From positions 21,700,001 to 21,764,000 of the forward strand of contig NC_087255.1 in NCBI RefSeq assembly GCF_037042905.1: a stretch of 64,000 nucleotides of DNA, given 5' to 3'. The translations under genes were made by a program, and so were the position numbers. Under the pieces are notes generated by a model that did no database searches, was not told where the DNA came from, and worked only from the letters and a program-made list of their open reading frames with translations. The stretch comes from Lytechinus pictus. Lineage: Eukaryota. Shown here in pieces: positions 34,142 through 49,100 of this stretch; the stretch's first letter is position 1; every line of letters begins with the position of its first letter.

Positions 34142-37100
34142 ATGGGCAATCCGGTTCTTGTTCTACTGCTTATTTTGGGTAAGTAAATTAATCATTATTT
34201 CATGTTCTAAACAATACTTTACCGGACTTCTTGAACATGTCACACTGGTTTTTACAATTCACATTTAGATAGTCTGAGAATGAATATTTCGTTCATTTTC
34301 ACTCATTAGATTCCTAAGGATTATGAGCTTACGCAAACATAAATAACCAGAATTTTGCCTGTCTTTGGCTTAAACTATTGTATCTATTTTGTTGTGAAAT
34401 AGCACAATTCTCCTACCTACAGTAATAAATATCTAAAAGTAGATTCAACATAATAAACAAATGCATATTAGTCCCTTGAACATTATCTTCTTAATGAAAA
34501 TCAATATATCTTTGTTACATAATCACAACAACAAACTTTTGAAAGTTCTGATATAAATGATTATCTTGACTTCATTCACATGAATCCATTTATCTTCAAT
34601 AATCGATCCTTTTTTATATATATATATATGCGCGAAAAAGTAAGATTTTTTAATACATGGTTCTTATAGCAGTCTAGACAAAAAATAGATACAGATTTTG
34701 TTAAAAAGAAATGGTTGAATATGAGGGGACTTTATGATAGAACCTTTAAGAACGGCATTGACTGTAAACCTAACATGGGGCCCGTTTCATAAAGCAAAAT
34801 TACAACAATAAACTTGCAATAACAGTTAAAAGTTATTATACTGATATTTTTCAATCGGATTGGCTGATATAAAACTTGTATCACAATATTGTCATGATCA
34901 ATTTATGAAAACGGACCCTTGTATTAAGCATTCCTTCATGCTCGTTTCCGAGCAACCACGGATATGTTGCTGGATAAAATGACGTCATAACCGAAATTGC
35001 AAAGTTTGTACTTCCTTATATACTCTACTTGAATACATAAACCAATCAAGACTTGACTTTACTAGACGACACGAAACCGTTAAAGAAAGATGAAGTTTCT
35101 TGAAGAAAAAAATGTACTGGATGTGCTTCTTTGAACACTTTTTAAATCATAAATCATTGCAACGGCCAGCAACGACAACATCTATAACGCAAGTTTGTTC
35201 AAAATATTTTCTAGATAATATGTATATTCATACATTCATCGTTCTCTAGAATATTCAGTGTGGTTCTTTTTGTTTACTTAGGAGATTGTGCAAATTTCCT
35301 GTAGAAAAAATTGTATGGATGGATTTCCATACAGTTGAGATTGATTGGATCAATCGTAACTCCTTGTAAGACAGGGCCCAGAAATCCGGTTCATTTTAAA
35401 AAATGGTCTAAAGTTGTGTTTGAGTATGCGTAGCCAAATTTGACATTGATCTCTAAAACTGGACGATCAATATTATCATCATATCCGGCATTCAAATCAG
35501 TAAAATTGTCTTGAAATGATAAATATGATAGTTGTCTTTACTATTGAACATGGGAAATATTCCCAGTAAACACGTGAAACCTAAAGTGTAAACAAATTCT
35601 TGATACTTTTCGCTTCCCATGAGTTTAGCCCATACATTGACCATGCGGTGTAGGGTCATTCTCAAAAAAACGTTACAATTCACAAAAAACGTGTCCCGAC
35701 TATCTTATGGCCGCTAGCTTCACACCCCTGAACATTTTCTACAAAAATATTATCAAGACAATGACATTAATAGATTAGCTCCACAAAGCATTTGCGACCA
35801 GTGGCTAGTAAAGCACTAATTTTGTTACAAAAGCCTTTTATTTTTGCATTTAGTCAGAATCGACACTGTCTCCGGTCAGTTTTAGATTTTACTATCATTC
35901 CCCTTCCTAAGTAGTCTGTATTTCTTACTTCCATTAATGTCTGGTGAGGGCAGCTTGGTGTAATAGTCTAGGTGATTGGTGAAATTTTTTTTCAAAAATG
36001 GTACAAGCATAACAATGGGCACAAAGGTAGAGTAAGTTATTCTAAACATTTTTAGCAGGGGGTGCCAACGTGAGTTCACCAAACATAGCAACGGTTGCTA
36101 GGTAACATATTTACCTTAGTAAGTGAGCTTAATTGGGCTTGAGTTACATTTTCACAGGCGATATGTCATTCAAATTTTAATCTAAAGCATGTTCCTTTGT
36201 ATCACAATAGTTTTGATCCATTTATTCATAACAACGGTTGCTAAGTGACCCTCTTCCGTAGCAACAAATTCTTTGTCTTAGTTCTTATCATCATAATTTA
36301 CTCAGAATAGCTCAGAAATTAAATCTGGCCCATAGATTCCTCATGTGATGAATGTTTCCATAGGTAGACAAAATGAGCACCATAGCAACCGTTGCTAAGT
36401 AACATTTTCCACAGTAACCAATTATTATAGGGTATCTTTTTTATGATTATAATTTCTATGAATCGCATCTTTTTTATTAGCGCATTAATACATTAATCAC
36501 AACAACCCAAGAACAATTATACCATGTATACAAGCGCATGCGAAGTACCAGTTGGTAATATGTTTTCTGTAACAACCAATGTTCGAAGGCCGTAAGGTAA
36601 GATCATTGATGTGTGTAAATCATAGAGGTACTAATATATGCTTAAAAAATAAAACCTTGCACAACTTCCAAAGACGATGTCTTTGGGTTCCATATTATTG
36701 GTATAATAATATCTATTGCATGTGAAAAGAATCTCACCCATATTTATCCATTTGGAAACCATATTTATTCTAGATTAATTTAAACATTATGTAAAATATC
36801 GACCCAAGGAAATTATTCCACTATATCAACATTTAGCAAGAGGTCACTCTTGTAGAAGAAGGGTTACAAGAGCTCCCCGGGAGGTCATGGGCAATTACAA
36901 CCTTAATATGTCTGATCTTGGAGAGATTAAAGAATGACCACCAAAAATTGATTGAGTCAACTAAGTTTAGAATTATTTCAAACACCAAGAACTTGCCAGA
37001 AGTTAATTTTCAATTGAGTGCTTGAATACCACTTTATCCCTTGCTAACAGTAGTCGGCCTCTTGAAAGCCAACACACTTTGCCTTGGTTTACACACTCCC

Positions 37101-40100
37101 TTCCGTAGCCTCCGATGAAGATCATATTAGTTCTCCATGCCGTTCCCAAACCGGATGCCACGGGCAGGAGTTCATTTTGACCGGGCGTTTTGACTTAGAT
37201 CAATCCTGCGCAGCTGCGGGATCTATCATGACGTAAAAGATCTGTTAGAATCGATTGGGACCATTCAGTGCCATTCCTTGCCTGCTAGCTGGCCTGGTTC
37301 CTGCAGCTACATGATCTATCATGACTTCTGCAGAAGTTGATTTGGACCTGTTAGTTCAGATTCCATGGTGTTTTGACCTGGAACAATCCTGCAGCTCCAC
37401 GTACGATATATCATGACGTGACAGATCTTGCTAGAGTTGATTTGGACCCGTCAGTTCCGTTTCTATATATATATGGGCATGCTGGCCTGGATTCTGGAGC
37501 TAAATGACTTGATCTTGCTGAAGTGGATTTGGACCTGTCCATTCTTTTTCAGGTGTTTTGACATGGAACAATCCTGCAGCTCTAGGATTTGTCATCACGT
37601 GAAAGATTTTGCAACTGTTGATTTGGACCAGCAAGTTCTGTTTTCAGGCGTGCTGGCCTGGATCCTGCAGCTCGGGGATCTATCATGACCTGAAAGCTTG
37701 TGCAGAAGTTGATTTGGACCTGTCCATTATTTTTCTAGGTGTTTTGACCTGGATCAATCCTGCAGCTCCAGGACTTAGCATCACTTGAAAAATATGTTAG
37801 ATTCGATTTAAACCATTTCATTTCCGTTTCCAGGCATGTCGGTCTGGATCCTGCAGCTACATGATCCATTGTGACTTCTGCAGAGGTTGATTTGGACCTG
37901 TCAGTTCCTATTCCAAGTGTTTTGACCTGGATTAGTAATGTAGCTCTGGGATCTATCATGACGTGAAAGATCTTACTAGAGTTGATTTGGACCTGTCAGT
38001 TCCGTTTCTAGGCATGTTGGCCTGGATCCTGCAGCTATGTAATTGATCTAACATGACTCGATCCTGCAGAAGTTGATTTGGACCTGTTTCCATGTGTTTT
38101 GACCTGGAACAATCATGCAGCTCCAGGATACATGACTTGAAAGCTCTCGCAGAAGTTGACTTGACCTGTTAGTTCCAATTGTATGTATTTTGGCCAGGAT
38201 CCTGCAGCTTCAAGATCGATCATCACTTGATAGATCTATGCGCATCTGACTTTCTCACCTACGTATGTAAATCACTTGTGATATCAGGTTTGCTGGACGC
38301 GATCCATACTCGGCCACAGAACAGTAGCATTAAGTTCTGATATGCTTCTTCCTTCCATATACCTCCAATACTTCTTGGCATGTCCAACTCAGATGGAAAT
38401 GATTCTGCTGATGGCACTACCACCTTGTCTCGCAATATAATTTCCTTATGGACAGAAATGTTTCTTACACCTTGATTGATGAACAATCAATTGTCCCACC
38501 GAAGAGGATGATGACTGTAACTTTGTTGATGTATTCCTCTGTTGCCTCTGATATTCTTTGTCGAGCATACTGCATGCTTCACAGTAGTCTTGCATTCCCG
38601 TATTAATGATTAACCCAGTCTTAACTTAAATTTTGGAATAAATATATGCCCTACTTTGAGAAGGCATGTGCGACAAATGAAATGTACGTTCGACTAATTC
38701 GCTAGAATTGTACCCAAGCTATTGGAAACTTACAGTGTAAATATTTTCCTTCATCATTTAGAAACTATTGCAAAATATCATGTAAATTATATAAATGACT
38801 CAAGTGCCCAGCATTATGATCAAATAAAAGAGATACATACAGTGGCAATTGCTTCTAGTAAACTTGGGATTATAATAATTTTTTTTAAGATGCTCAAATA
38901 TAATGGGCAAGAATGATGAATGAAGTCATTTCAAGCAGGTTGCAAAGCTCTGTACCAACACCTTTACATTGCTTTCCATTTTCCAACCATACTTTTTGAT
39001 GACCTGGTACAACATACAATATCTTGTATTTTACCGCTTCATCTTCATTGCTTGATATGTGATTGTAAATCTGGCGCTTAGAAGTCAAAATATAGTTTTT
39101 AAAATGAAGATAACACCCCCAAAATGGTGGTTGCTAGAGTAAATAAGTTACCTAGCAACTGTTGCTATACGAAGAGAGATCAGGTTGGCACCCCCTGTTA
39201 AAAATGTTTAGCACTGTTTACTCTACCTGTCAGCCAAATTTCATGCTTGTACCATAATCTGAACAATTCTTGCTTTTTTTTGCACCGATCATCCAGACTA
39301 AACTGTCTGACATATTTCGCTAATCCCATTATTTGATGATCATTTTGTGATTATTTTCACTTTTAACTTTGTCCCGAATTCATTTTAACCTCCGTAACGA
39401 GTACTGCCACAAGTTTTTTCTCCCTTTCAAACTGACCGATTTTATATGATAATGTGTCTGCACGTAGAGTGATATTTATTAATGAATAATTGATAGGGAA
39501 TTATCATATGTGTTTCCTGTATTATACGGAAATGAAGGACTATTCTAAAAAAATGAAATGTATGACTAAACAGCTTTAACATCCGTAATGCTCCTTTAAA
39601 AAATATGCACTTTGTCAGTTCTGTTAAGGATTCAGTATTATATAGGATAAGAGACACATTTCATAATAAATACAGTTGTCAAAGGTAAGGCTTCTAAATA
39701 AGGACTGCGTTGGGCCATAAAGCATAAAGACATTAACTTCCGTAACATTTTTTTCTTGAATATGCTACAAATTTGTGCTTTACTGAATCACTCCGGATCA
39801 TACAGATATAAGTCATATAAGATACCCTCCACCTAGTTACCCATGAAAATCATAGCTTTTCATCCATGTCGAATTATTATTACACAACTTATTTTCAACA
39901 TCACTTTGAACAGAGGGAAAATTACCAACGAAAACAATTTCCCGAGAATTATATACGATATTAAATGCTTTTAGAGTTTTAAATAATTCATACTACAAAT
40001 GTTAAGTATAGGCATCTTATTTTGAACTTAAAATTGATAATTTCCTTTGCTATATAAGTTCTTTCAGTAATTGTTACGGAAGTTAATACACTTCTCTGCT

Positions 40101-43100
40101 GTAATTTGCTGAGATTGATAGTACGAATCTAGTTTCAGAACAGGTGTCATGGCTTTTTCTAATGCTTAATTCGGCAGAAACGATGGAGAGAAAGGGGGAG
40201 GGGGAGAAACAAGGAAGCTTTCATGGCCAAAGAAAGAGAAATGAAACACCGCTCACATAACACTGGTCTGCATGCTTTCCAAGAAAGAACTAAAATTCAA
40301 GAGAAGGGAGAAGGGCCGTTTTGAAGAGAGAAAAGAATTGGCATTAAAAGCATAAAAAGGAATAGATCGAAACTAAACCCATCACAACAAAATGAAGAAG
40401 ATAAATGAATTTTGACAAAGCCCTTGTAGTCGCCACTACAACCTGATCATTTAAACATGGAGAAGTGTGTGTGTACAGCGCTTTGTAACCTAAAGTAATA
40501 GGTGCTATATCAAAATAATGTCTAATGGATTGAATAGGAAAATTAAATGACTGTGACATAACGGAATTAAATGCAAGCTGAAACTCGTAATATACTTACC
40601 TGAAAACATTAAAAAGTACATCTTTTCGGACTATTTGTGCAATGACTCATGGGGAGGAACAATCAAAAATGCGAGCGCGAGCTAAAACTTTTGTATACTG
40701 TAACCTGAAAACTTGACATTCTCAGCATTTTTTTTTCAGTGTAAAAAAAATGATCAGGATATTGTCTGAATAAACTATTATTGCGAGTGCAAAGTGCGAG
40801 CTGATTTTTTTTGTATTCTGACTGAAAGCTTAACATTCGAAACACTCTTTTTACCAATTTTAGGCCTTAGGGATGGGTATCTTAATTGATAAGACTGATT
40901 TTTTTAATATTTGATCTGAAAAAATAATTTATGGACGTTTTAATTTGAGAACAAGATATATATCCAATAAACAATTATTGCAAATGTGAACGCGCGCTTT
41001 TGAAGGTTTATACCCCAAAACGGTTCATTCTATTAACTTTTTGTAATTATAAAAAAGGATGGATGTCTTGCTAAGGAAATGATCCGAGCGCGAAGCGCGA
41101 GCTGAAAATATGCGTAATTCCAATATGAAAACCAAACATTTTAAGCACGCTTTTAAATAAAGAGGATATAATTAATTTGAATAAAAAACTAATTCATGCA
41201 ATTAAATACAAAAGAACAAGTGGGGATTATGTAAACCATCAATTAGCCTTTTAATATTCATGAAGATATGCATAGAACTATATTTCACTAAAACGATGCA
41301 AATCTTCAAAATGGCATAACTTCGTTATTCCTAGTCCGATTTTTATCATATTTGCATTATTTCGTTTGTCTGGATGACCCCTTTAATGATCATGAAAAGC
41401 GATGAAATAATTGAAATAGGCCTACTGACATGGAAAGGGATATTTCAAACACACATGGTTTGTTGGAATTAGGAATGAAATACGTATCTCACTGATCAAA
41501 CATTTTGTCTATTCATCATTTTTTTAATCACGAACAGGATGGGTATTTGCCTATCTCGATAAAAAAATAATGAAAAAAAAAATCGCGATTAGATCATATA
41601 GATTCTAGTAATAATTTGTGCATATTAACGTATACAAGGGTGAATTCTAAGCCTCTTGTTCCATTCACCTTCCCTTTTTTTATTATTCATTTCCCCATGT
41701 CCTTTCCCCCCTTTTTTTTCTCTCTCTATCTTTTTGGCTATTGGCAAGCGGCGGGGTTCCTCGTAAGCCAGAGAACTCATCCTGGTTATGGGCCTGCGAT
41801 TGTTATATTTTGTTTAGGGCCAGACAATTTTAAGATGAACTACAAATTCTTTGGCCGGGTTATTCGATTTTCTCATTCCGACTATGAACAACAACGACAA
41901 CAAAAATTTCAGTTGTGCGACTTGTCTGTTTCCTGATCTATTAATTTTTTTCTGGGGGGGGGGTAGGTAGCAAAATTAAGCAATGCATTCCACAGTTAAC
42001 TTTATTTAGTAAAAACTGCTATATGAATACCTAAATGTGGATTTTTCTAAGCTAACAAAATAAATATTGCAATTTGTAACTTGATTTAACTTCCGTAACG
42101 AAGATTGACAAGGGTATATGCTACTCGAGGATTTGATGGTAAAGTATCTTAGGATTACCTGAATTGGTCATGCATTGCTTAGGATCTTGCTTAGGATTAC
42201 TATGGGCCAGAAAGTTTTAAGATGAAGTACATTTCTGTGGCCCGGTTATTCGGTTTTCTCATTCCAACTATGAACAACAACGACAGCAAAAATACAGTTG
42301 TCCGACTTGTCCGTTTCCTGTTTTGTCTTTAACCCTTTTTTTTGGGGGGGGGGGGGTGGCAAAATTAAGCAATGCGTTCTACATTTATCTTTAATTATAA
42401 AAAAAATATATACGAATACCTAAATATGTATGTTCCTAAGCTAACAAAATATGCATTGCAATTTTCAAACTTGATTTAACTTCCGTAACGAAGATTGACA
42501 AAGGTAAATGCCACTCGAGGATTTGATGGTAAAGCATCTTGGGATTCCCAAAATTGGACATGCATTGCTTAGGATCTCGGGTTATAGATGAACAATTATT
42601 TTGAGGTTGCCTCATTCAAATTATGAACATTAAACTAAACGAAAGATATGCAATGATTTTGGGGGTACTTTTTGTCATATGTTATTTGGTAACATACTGC
42701 TTCTGAAAAACGATATTGAATATTTTTTTCTATCTTGCAAACATTTTGCCTTCAGTATATTAATTTGTTGATACCACACTTTAACTGAATTGTGTGCATT
42801 TCTATTTTATTCATTTAAAAAGTGATATTTTTGAGTAAAATATGTGGACAATTTTAACGATTAACCTCCGTAACGTTGATATACAGTGCTTGAGTTAATC
42901 CGGTCAGTACTTCAAACTGACGCAACAGCAACTTGCCCCTTTTCTGTTGCCACTTTCTCATCGATGGTACTTTCACATTGTGCATCTTTCAACCCATTCT
43001 GTAGACTTCGTTTTTACGATTTTTACCCCCATCAATTGGTGCATTTTTCTGAGAATGACCCTGTAACCTAAATATAATACGGGTCTACGGGTATCCGTGA

Positions 43101-46100
43101 TACTCTGCAGTAATAATAGTTATATCCTGTCAAGCGTTTTGATTTTTTTTGCATTTATTGTAATTTTCACAGTAGTTAGCAGAGAATAATTATCTGGGAT
43201 GTTCTGCCCCTTTTCTGCCCTCCCTCGAAAGCTTTGCTCCTATAAGTGCAATTGAAATACGACAGGCATGACAGGGGGTCAGAACGAGAGAGGATTGAGT
43301 AAAGATGAATTTTACCGATCACTTCTACTCATCAGGATACTTATCGTTGATATGTGTATGAATGGCAAATTATTTAATAAGGATGTAACTGAATCAGATG
43401 TAGTATTAATTCTTAAAGGTCAAGTACACCGTAAAAAAATGTTGATTTAAATCAATAGCGAAAAATCAAACGCTGAAAATTTAATCAAAATCGGATGTAA
43501 AATAAGAAAGTCATTACATTTTTAGGTTTCGCTTACTTTTCACAAAACAGTTCAGTGATATGCAAATGAGAGAGTCGATGATGTCCCTCACTCATTATTT
43601 CTTTTGTTTGTTATTGTTTGAATTATACAATATTTCGGGTGGTTTCTTTAGCAGATTTGACAATAAGCACCAGCTTGACTAAATTACAAAATGTTAAAAC
43701 AAATTGGAAATCCACATGTTCATGGAGGATTGAACTTTGTTTCACATGACAATAAGGATAACGTAGTTGATATGATAAAGTACAAAATAAATAGTGAGCG
43801 TAATGTAATCAGTCCCCTCGTTTGCATTCCGACGAAGATGTGCTTATAACTATTGTATACAATGAAATGTCATACTTTCTTATTTTGCATCCGATTTTAA
43901 TGAAATTTTTAGTGTCATGCTTGTGTGATTTTTTTTCTCTATTTATTCAAATCAACTTTTGCCTGGGATGGACTTGTCCTTTAAGAAACACTTCAGAAAT
44001 ACTATTGCCATTTGGTCTTAAAATAAGAATATTATGAGGCAATTTGTAATGCTTTCGGAAGTGATTATTTTTTTTAGTATGATAATTGCAAATAATAATA
44101 TTGACAACAGGAGCGGTGTCTGGGTAATACGACGCAAAGGTAACGCATTTTTTTCTCAATCTAAAAACCGGGGTATTAGATAGTTAAACGAACAAGAGCT
44201 TTCTCTTTGGTGCCCTTTTCCCTCTTTACTTCATTTCCTTTCCGTTTTCTCCGTGTTCTCCTTTTTAATGCTTGAAAACTCGTATAGGCGTACGCACTTT
44301 TTGACTTAATATTCTATTGGCGCGCCGCCCCTTGTTCAGCAATAGTTTTCAGCCAGTTGCTGCGATCAACCAGGGGAGGACTCGGGACTGGTGCCTTATA
44401 AACGACAAACCACGATCCTTTTGAGCAGCTCTGAGGTTTGTTGAATAAACCTTTCACACTAAAAACTGAAGTGTCGAATTAGCAATTTGAAGGTTGGAGT
44501 AGTGAACAACCTTTTTTTTTTAATGTCGTATGTTTACCACTTTTAATTGTTCGATCCATCAGTACTTATTGGATTCAGCTTTATGCAAGGTTGGACATTA
44601 GTTCATTTATTTACTTTTTCCTCTGGTAAAAGAAGAACATTGCATTCTTTCATGATTAATTTCAATTAGATTAAAACTTAGCAAGAATATGCTTATGAAT
44701 AATTTTTTTTTACAAACTTCGTATATGGGAAAGGGGTGTTCTGTAAAAAGCAAGGCTTGTTATGCACAGATCACCTTTGTAATAACAGTATAAAAATGCA
44801 AATAAAACAAGTGTCAGACAAAATGAACACAATATTATGAAGACAGAGGAAGATGAGTACACATGTCCATAGAAGGGCGGGGATTGGGGGCGGGGCAAGG
44901 AGTACTGATCCAGATGTGTACAGTGAGTATAAAAATGACATCACAGACTTGATACAAAAAAAAACCGCTAATAGTAGTATATCGTGGTTACAACACTCGG
45001 TGTCTGGAGTTAAACACTTGTGTATACGGAAGTTACTATATGCACATATAAAAATTGTAAAAGAAAAAGAAACAGCATTAATTTGGAAAAGGTTGTCACT
45101 CTTCCAACATTTCAATTGCTGATTTAACATTTATACTTCCCTGGAATACTTGATTCTGATTGGCAGCTAAGTAGCATTGTAACTATGGTAATTATAAACG
45201 GATGGTAAAGTTACTATAAAAGTTACTTTTATGCAACGTGCCAAGGTCTCAAGACGTTGCTATTCATGGTTGCGTGGGCATTTTGTCTTTGATGGGGTGA
45301 GAATTTATTAAAAAAATGTTAATTATCAGTTTAATTATCACGAAATTTCGTTATTTTCCATCAGTCTCCACGCAAATTCAGACATATACTGCACCATCGA
45401 CGTAAATGTCACTATAAACATGTGATAAAAGGTAGTATCAACGCAGGATCAGATGAAATATTTTGTTTGTGTATTGCCGATACCATAGAGATTAAAGCCT
45501 AATTAAATGTGCGATGGTGCGTGTTTATATCGAGTAAACTGATAATTAACATTTGCTAAAGTATTGCTTTGTATTCCAGAGCAATTTCAAGGACCTAATC
45601 AACTTTTCTTTGTAATGACAAAAATGAAATATTACAGAAACCATCAGTTTCATTGCCGTACAAGGAAACTTGTTCCGGTGGTGGAGGGGGGGGGGGGGGG
45701 GGGGCAAGACACATGAAATTTTCCCCAAAACCCTGAAAGTGAGGGAGCAAAGAGACCAAACTTGTCATGGGGACACTTTTGTAATTTCTAAAGTGAAACT
45801 GAATGATTTAGTGTACACTGGGTGATTTTTGTAAAACAATTTTTCTTCCATTTTTTTGAGGGGCGGGGGGGGGGGGGGGGGCAGGGACGACATTACCAGT
45901 TCGCCATTGAGCGGACTCACTGTACTATTCCATTTTTAAAGATTTATTACTCTACCACTCGAAAGCAATGCTATATTTTCTGAAATTGTTTATGAATAAA
46001 GAAAACTAAAAGGAGACATTCAGCAGATAATAATAAAAACCTGATATAAACATGATGTGTGAAAAACCAGTACCGATTGAATAAACACTGCAATAGTAGA

Positions 46101-49100
46101 AAAAGATTCTGTTTTTATACAGTATCACAATTCTGAAAAAAAGGGGGAATTGTTATTGCGTAAGCATCAATCTTGTGGTTGCTTTCTCGGGTTATAAACA
46201 TTTTAATTTAAAAAAATTAGCTGATAAGCAGAACCAATGACCCGACATGGATTTTGATAAACCAATATCTATTCCATGCCATTTTTTTTACTCAATCGCG
46301 TGAACTTAAATGCACTATTCCAAGTATAGCAATGCGGTTAATCTCATTATACACAAGGCGCAGTGCTCTATACGTTCTCGTGTTATCAAATGAAAACAAT
46401 ATGAATTTAAAACTAATGAGTGTTTATTGCATCTACGTCAGAGTCTGACATTGTAGGAAATCAATCCGGCATTGGGAGGGCAGGGGACCAATCAGATAAG
46501 GAAAAAGACAAAAACTCAACTTTGTAATCAATGTGTGTATAATTGGCAGGTGGTTTGCCTGTCTGACAGATTTAGCTATTTCATGAATTTGATGAGATAA
46601 ACTGTGCATGTGTATAACTGGTAGCTATAGTTTACAGTTTGATAAATCTAGCTATATCATGAATTTGATTAGATAGGGTGCGCATATGTATTACGGCACA
46701 TTCATTCCTGCTACGATTTTTTTTTGAAGAGGGTGTGAAATTGGAATATTTTATTTTGTTAATTCTGATAATAATCATTTAATATAGTATAGTTTTCAAG
46801 TTACTTAGCTGGTGACCTAGACCAATAGTTAATCACAATGTGACCGATTTATTTGTTAATTGATTGATCGATTTATATTTCATTGATAAACTTTCAGTAT
46901 GACATAATTAGCACGATCTGCATTTTTTTAGTCCCGCAGTATAAGCAAAATACAACAATTGAAGAACAAAAAGATCAGACATGAGTAATCAAAACACAGC
47001 TGAAGAATAGGTACAAGATCAAGAATAAAAATAAAAACTTTGGTGAAATTACTATTGCAATTAAAAAAAATGATTGAGAGGCTATTCAAGCCCGTTTCAA
47101 GCTGTTTTGGATTGTGATAGTCATGTGATGACAAAGATGACGGCGATTGTGATGATGATGATGATAATAATGATGATGATGACGATGATGATGGTGGTGA
47201 TGATGATGTTGATGATGATGATGTTAACGATGATGAATGATGATGAATGATGATGAATGATGATGATCATTATGATGATGATGATGATGATTAATGATGA
47301 TGATGATGATGATGGTGATGATGTTGATGAATGATAATGATGATGTTGTTGATGATGATGATGTTGNNNNNNNNNNNNNNNNNNNNNNNNNNNNNNNNNN
47401 NNNNNNNNNNNNNNNNNNNNNNNNNNNNNNNNNNNNNNNNNNNNNNNNNNNNNNNNNNNNNNNNNNNNNNNNNNNNNNNNNNNNNNNNNNNNNNNNNNNN
47501 NNNNNNNNNNNNNNNNNNNNNNNATGACGGCGATGACGATGTTAATGATAATAGTGACGATAGATGTGGCGGAGGTGATGGTGATGAAGACTTCTTGGAG
47601 AACATCAGTCCTCCCTAATCTTGTTGGGAGGTAAAGGAAAAGAAAGAAAATTTGACAATCAAAAATTCAAAATAATAAAGACAGAGCAGATGGGAAAGCT
47701 GTCAGTTTGGCCTCCACCTTTTTTGTATTATTTTTCTTTTAAACAAAATTCCAGCATGGTTTTGGGAGGGATATATCATCCAGAGAAAATATTAGGGGTT
47801 ATAACACCATCAACTGCTCTGTACTCCCAAGTCGAAGCCATACAAGCCCGATCCGAGGAGGAATATTTGGTTAACTCCAATGTCAATACACTGTTCTCTC
47901 TTGAAGTGGACCCGAAGCATATAGAGAGCCAAGCCATGCGCGATCCGAAACATTCATCATCATTTAGTGCTCATTGCAGGGGTGATTCCGTCCGGGGCAG
48001 TGTGTGGAGAAGGGCGGAAGAAGGGCGGGAAAATGGCAATTAATCAGAACTTGACGCGCGAAGTGATGTTTGCACCTTTGTTTATCCTTCCATCTCAATC
48101 GAGTTTTAGAAATTATCGTGGAGGAAATTTCTTAAAGTGTTTGTCATTCATTTTCGAAGAAATGTCAAATGTCTCTATTAGCTTGATTAGGCTTATAGAG
48201 TGAATGTGATCGACAAACGTCAGATGTCCCACGATAAATATATATATAAAGGGTTTCAACATATTTGCTCTGGCGACAATTGCTCGGATGGAAAATCAGC
48301 ACGTCAAGCCAAACCTAAACCCTAACCTCCAAAACTAAATACACCATAATCCCTATCTTTGTGTTGTTCTGAACCAAATATTTTGCCCTCTGAGATATTA
48401 AGACCGGAGCAAACGTTGCAGGAGCATATGTCGTGTCACCATAAAAAAACAATTGCACTGCAAAAACTCCGGTGTTGATTTAACACCAGCCCGGAATCTA
48501 TATGTCCACACCAGAGAAGTATTAAAACAACACCATTTTGGAGTCAAACCGATGCTGTTTCAAAACTAATTGGTGTTGTATAAACACCTATCTGGTGTTA
48601 GACTAATACCAAAACCGGTGTTGTTTAACACTTCTCTGATGTGGACATAATAGATTCCGGGCTGGTGTTAAATCAACACCGGAGTTTTTGCAGTGTGGCT
48701 TTATGTTATTTCTTCCCTCGCATTAATTTGACTCGTCTTCAATTCTGTTTCTCTTTTTGACTGATTTGGATTGATATATTAGTGTTTAATCCAAATGAAA
48801 CATATTATAATGATTATGATATTGTAAAATAAAATATTATGTAGACAAAGAAGTTCAGCAGGGGCAGTGTCTTGCTATTTTGATATGGGGGGGGGCAATT
48901 TTTTTTTTATTGGATCATAGGGATATTGTAGAGTTGCATGCCTAAACTTCTCCTTTTTATATTCTTCTTAATTCTTTCATTCCTTTTCTCCTCCTTTCCC
49001 CCTTTGCTCTATATATTTTTTGTTCCCTTATCATTTCGCTTCTGTAATATCATGTCCCGATTCCATTTGACCCTGTCAACATGTATGGATGTATGCCAAT

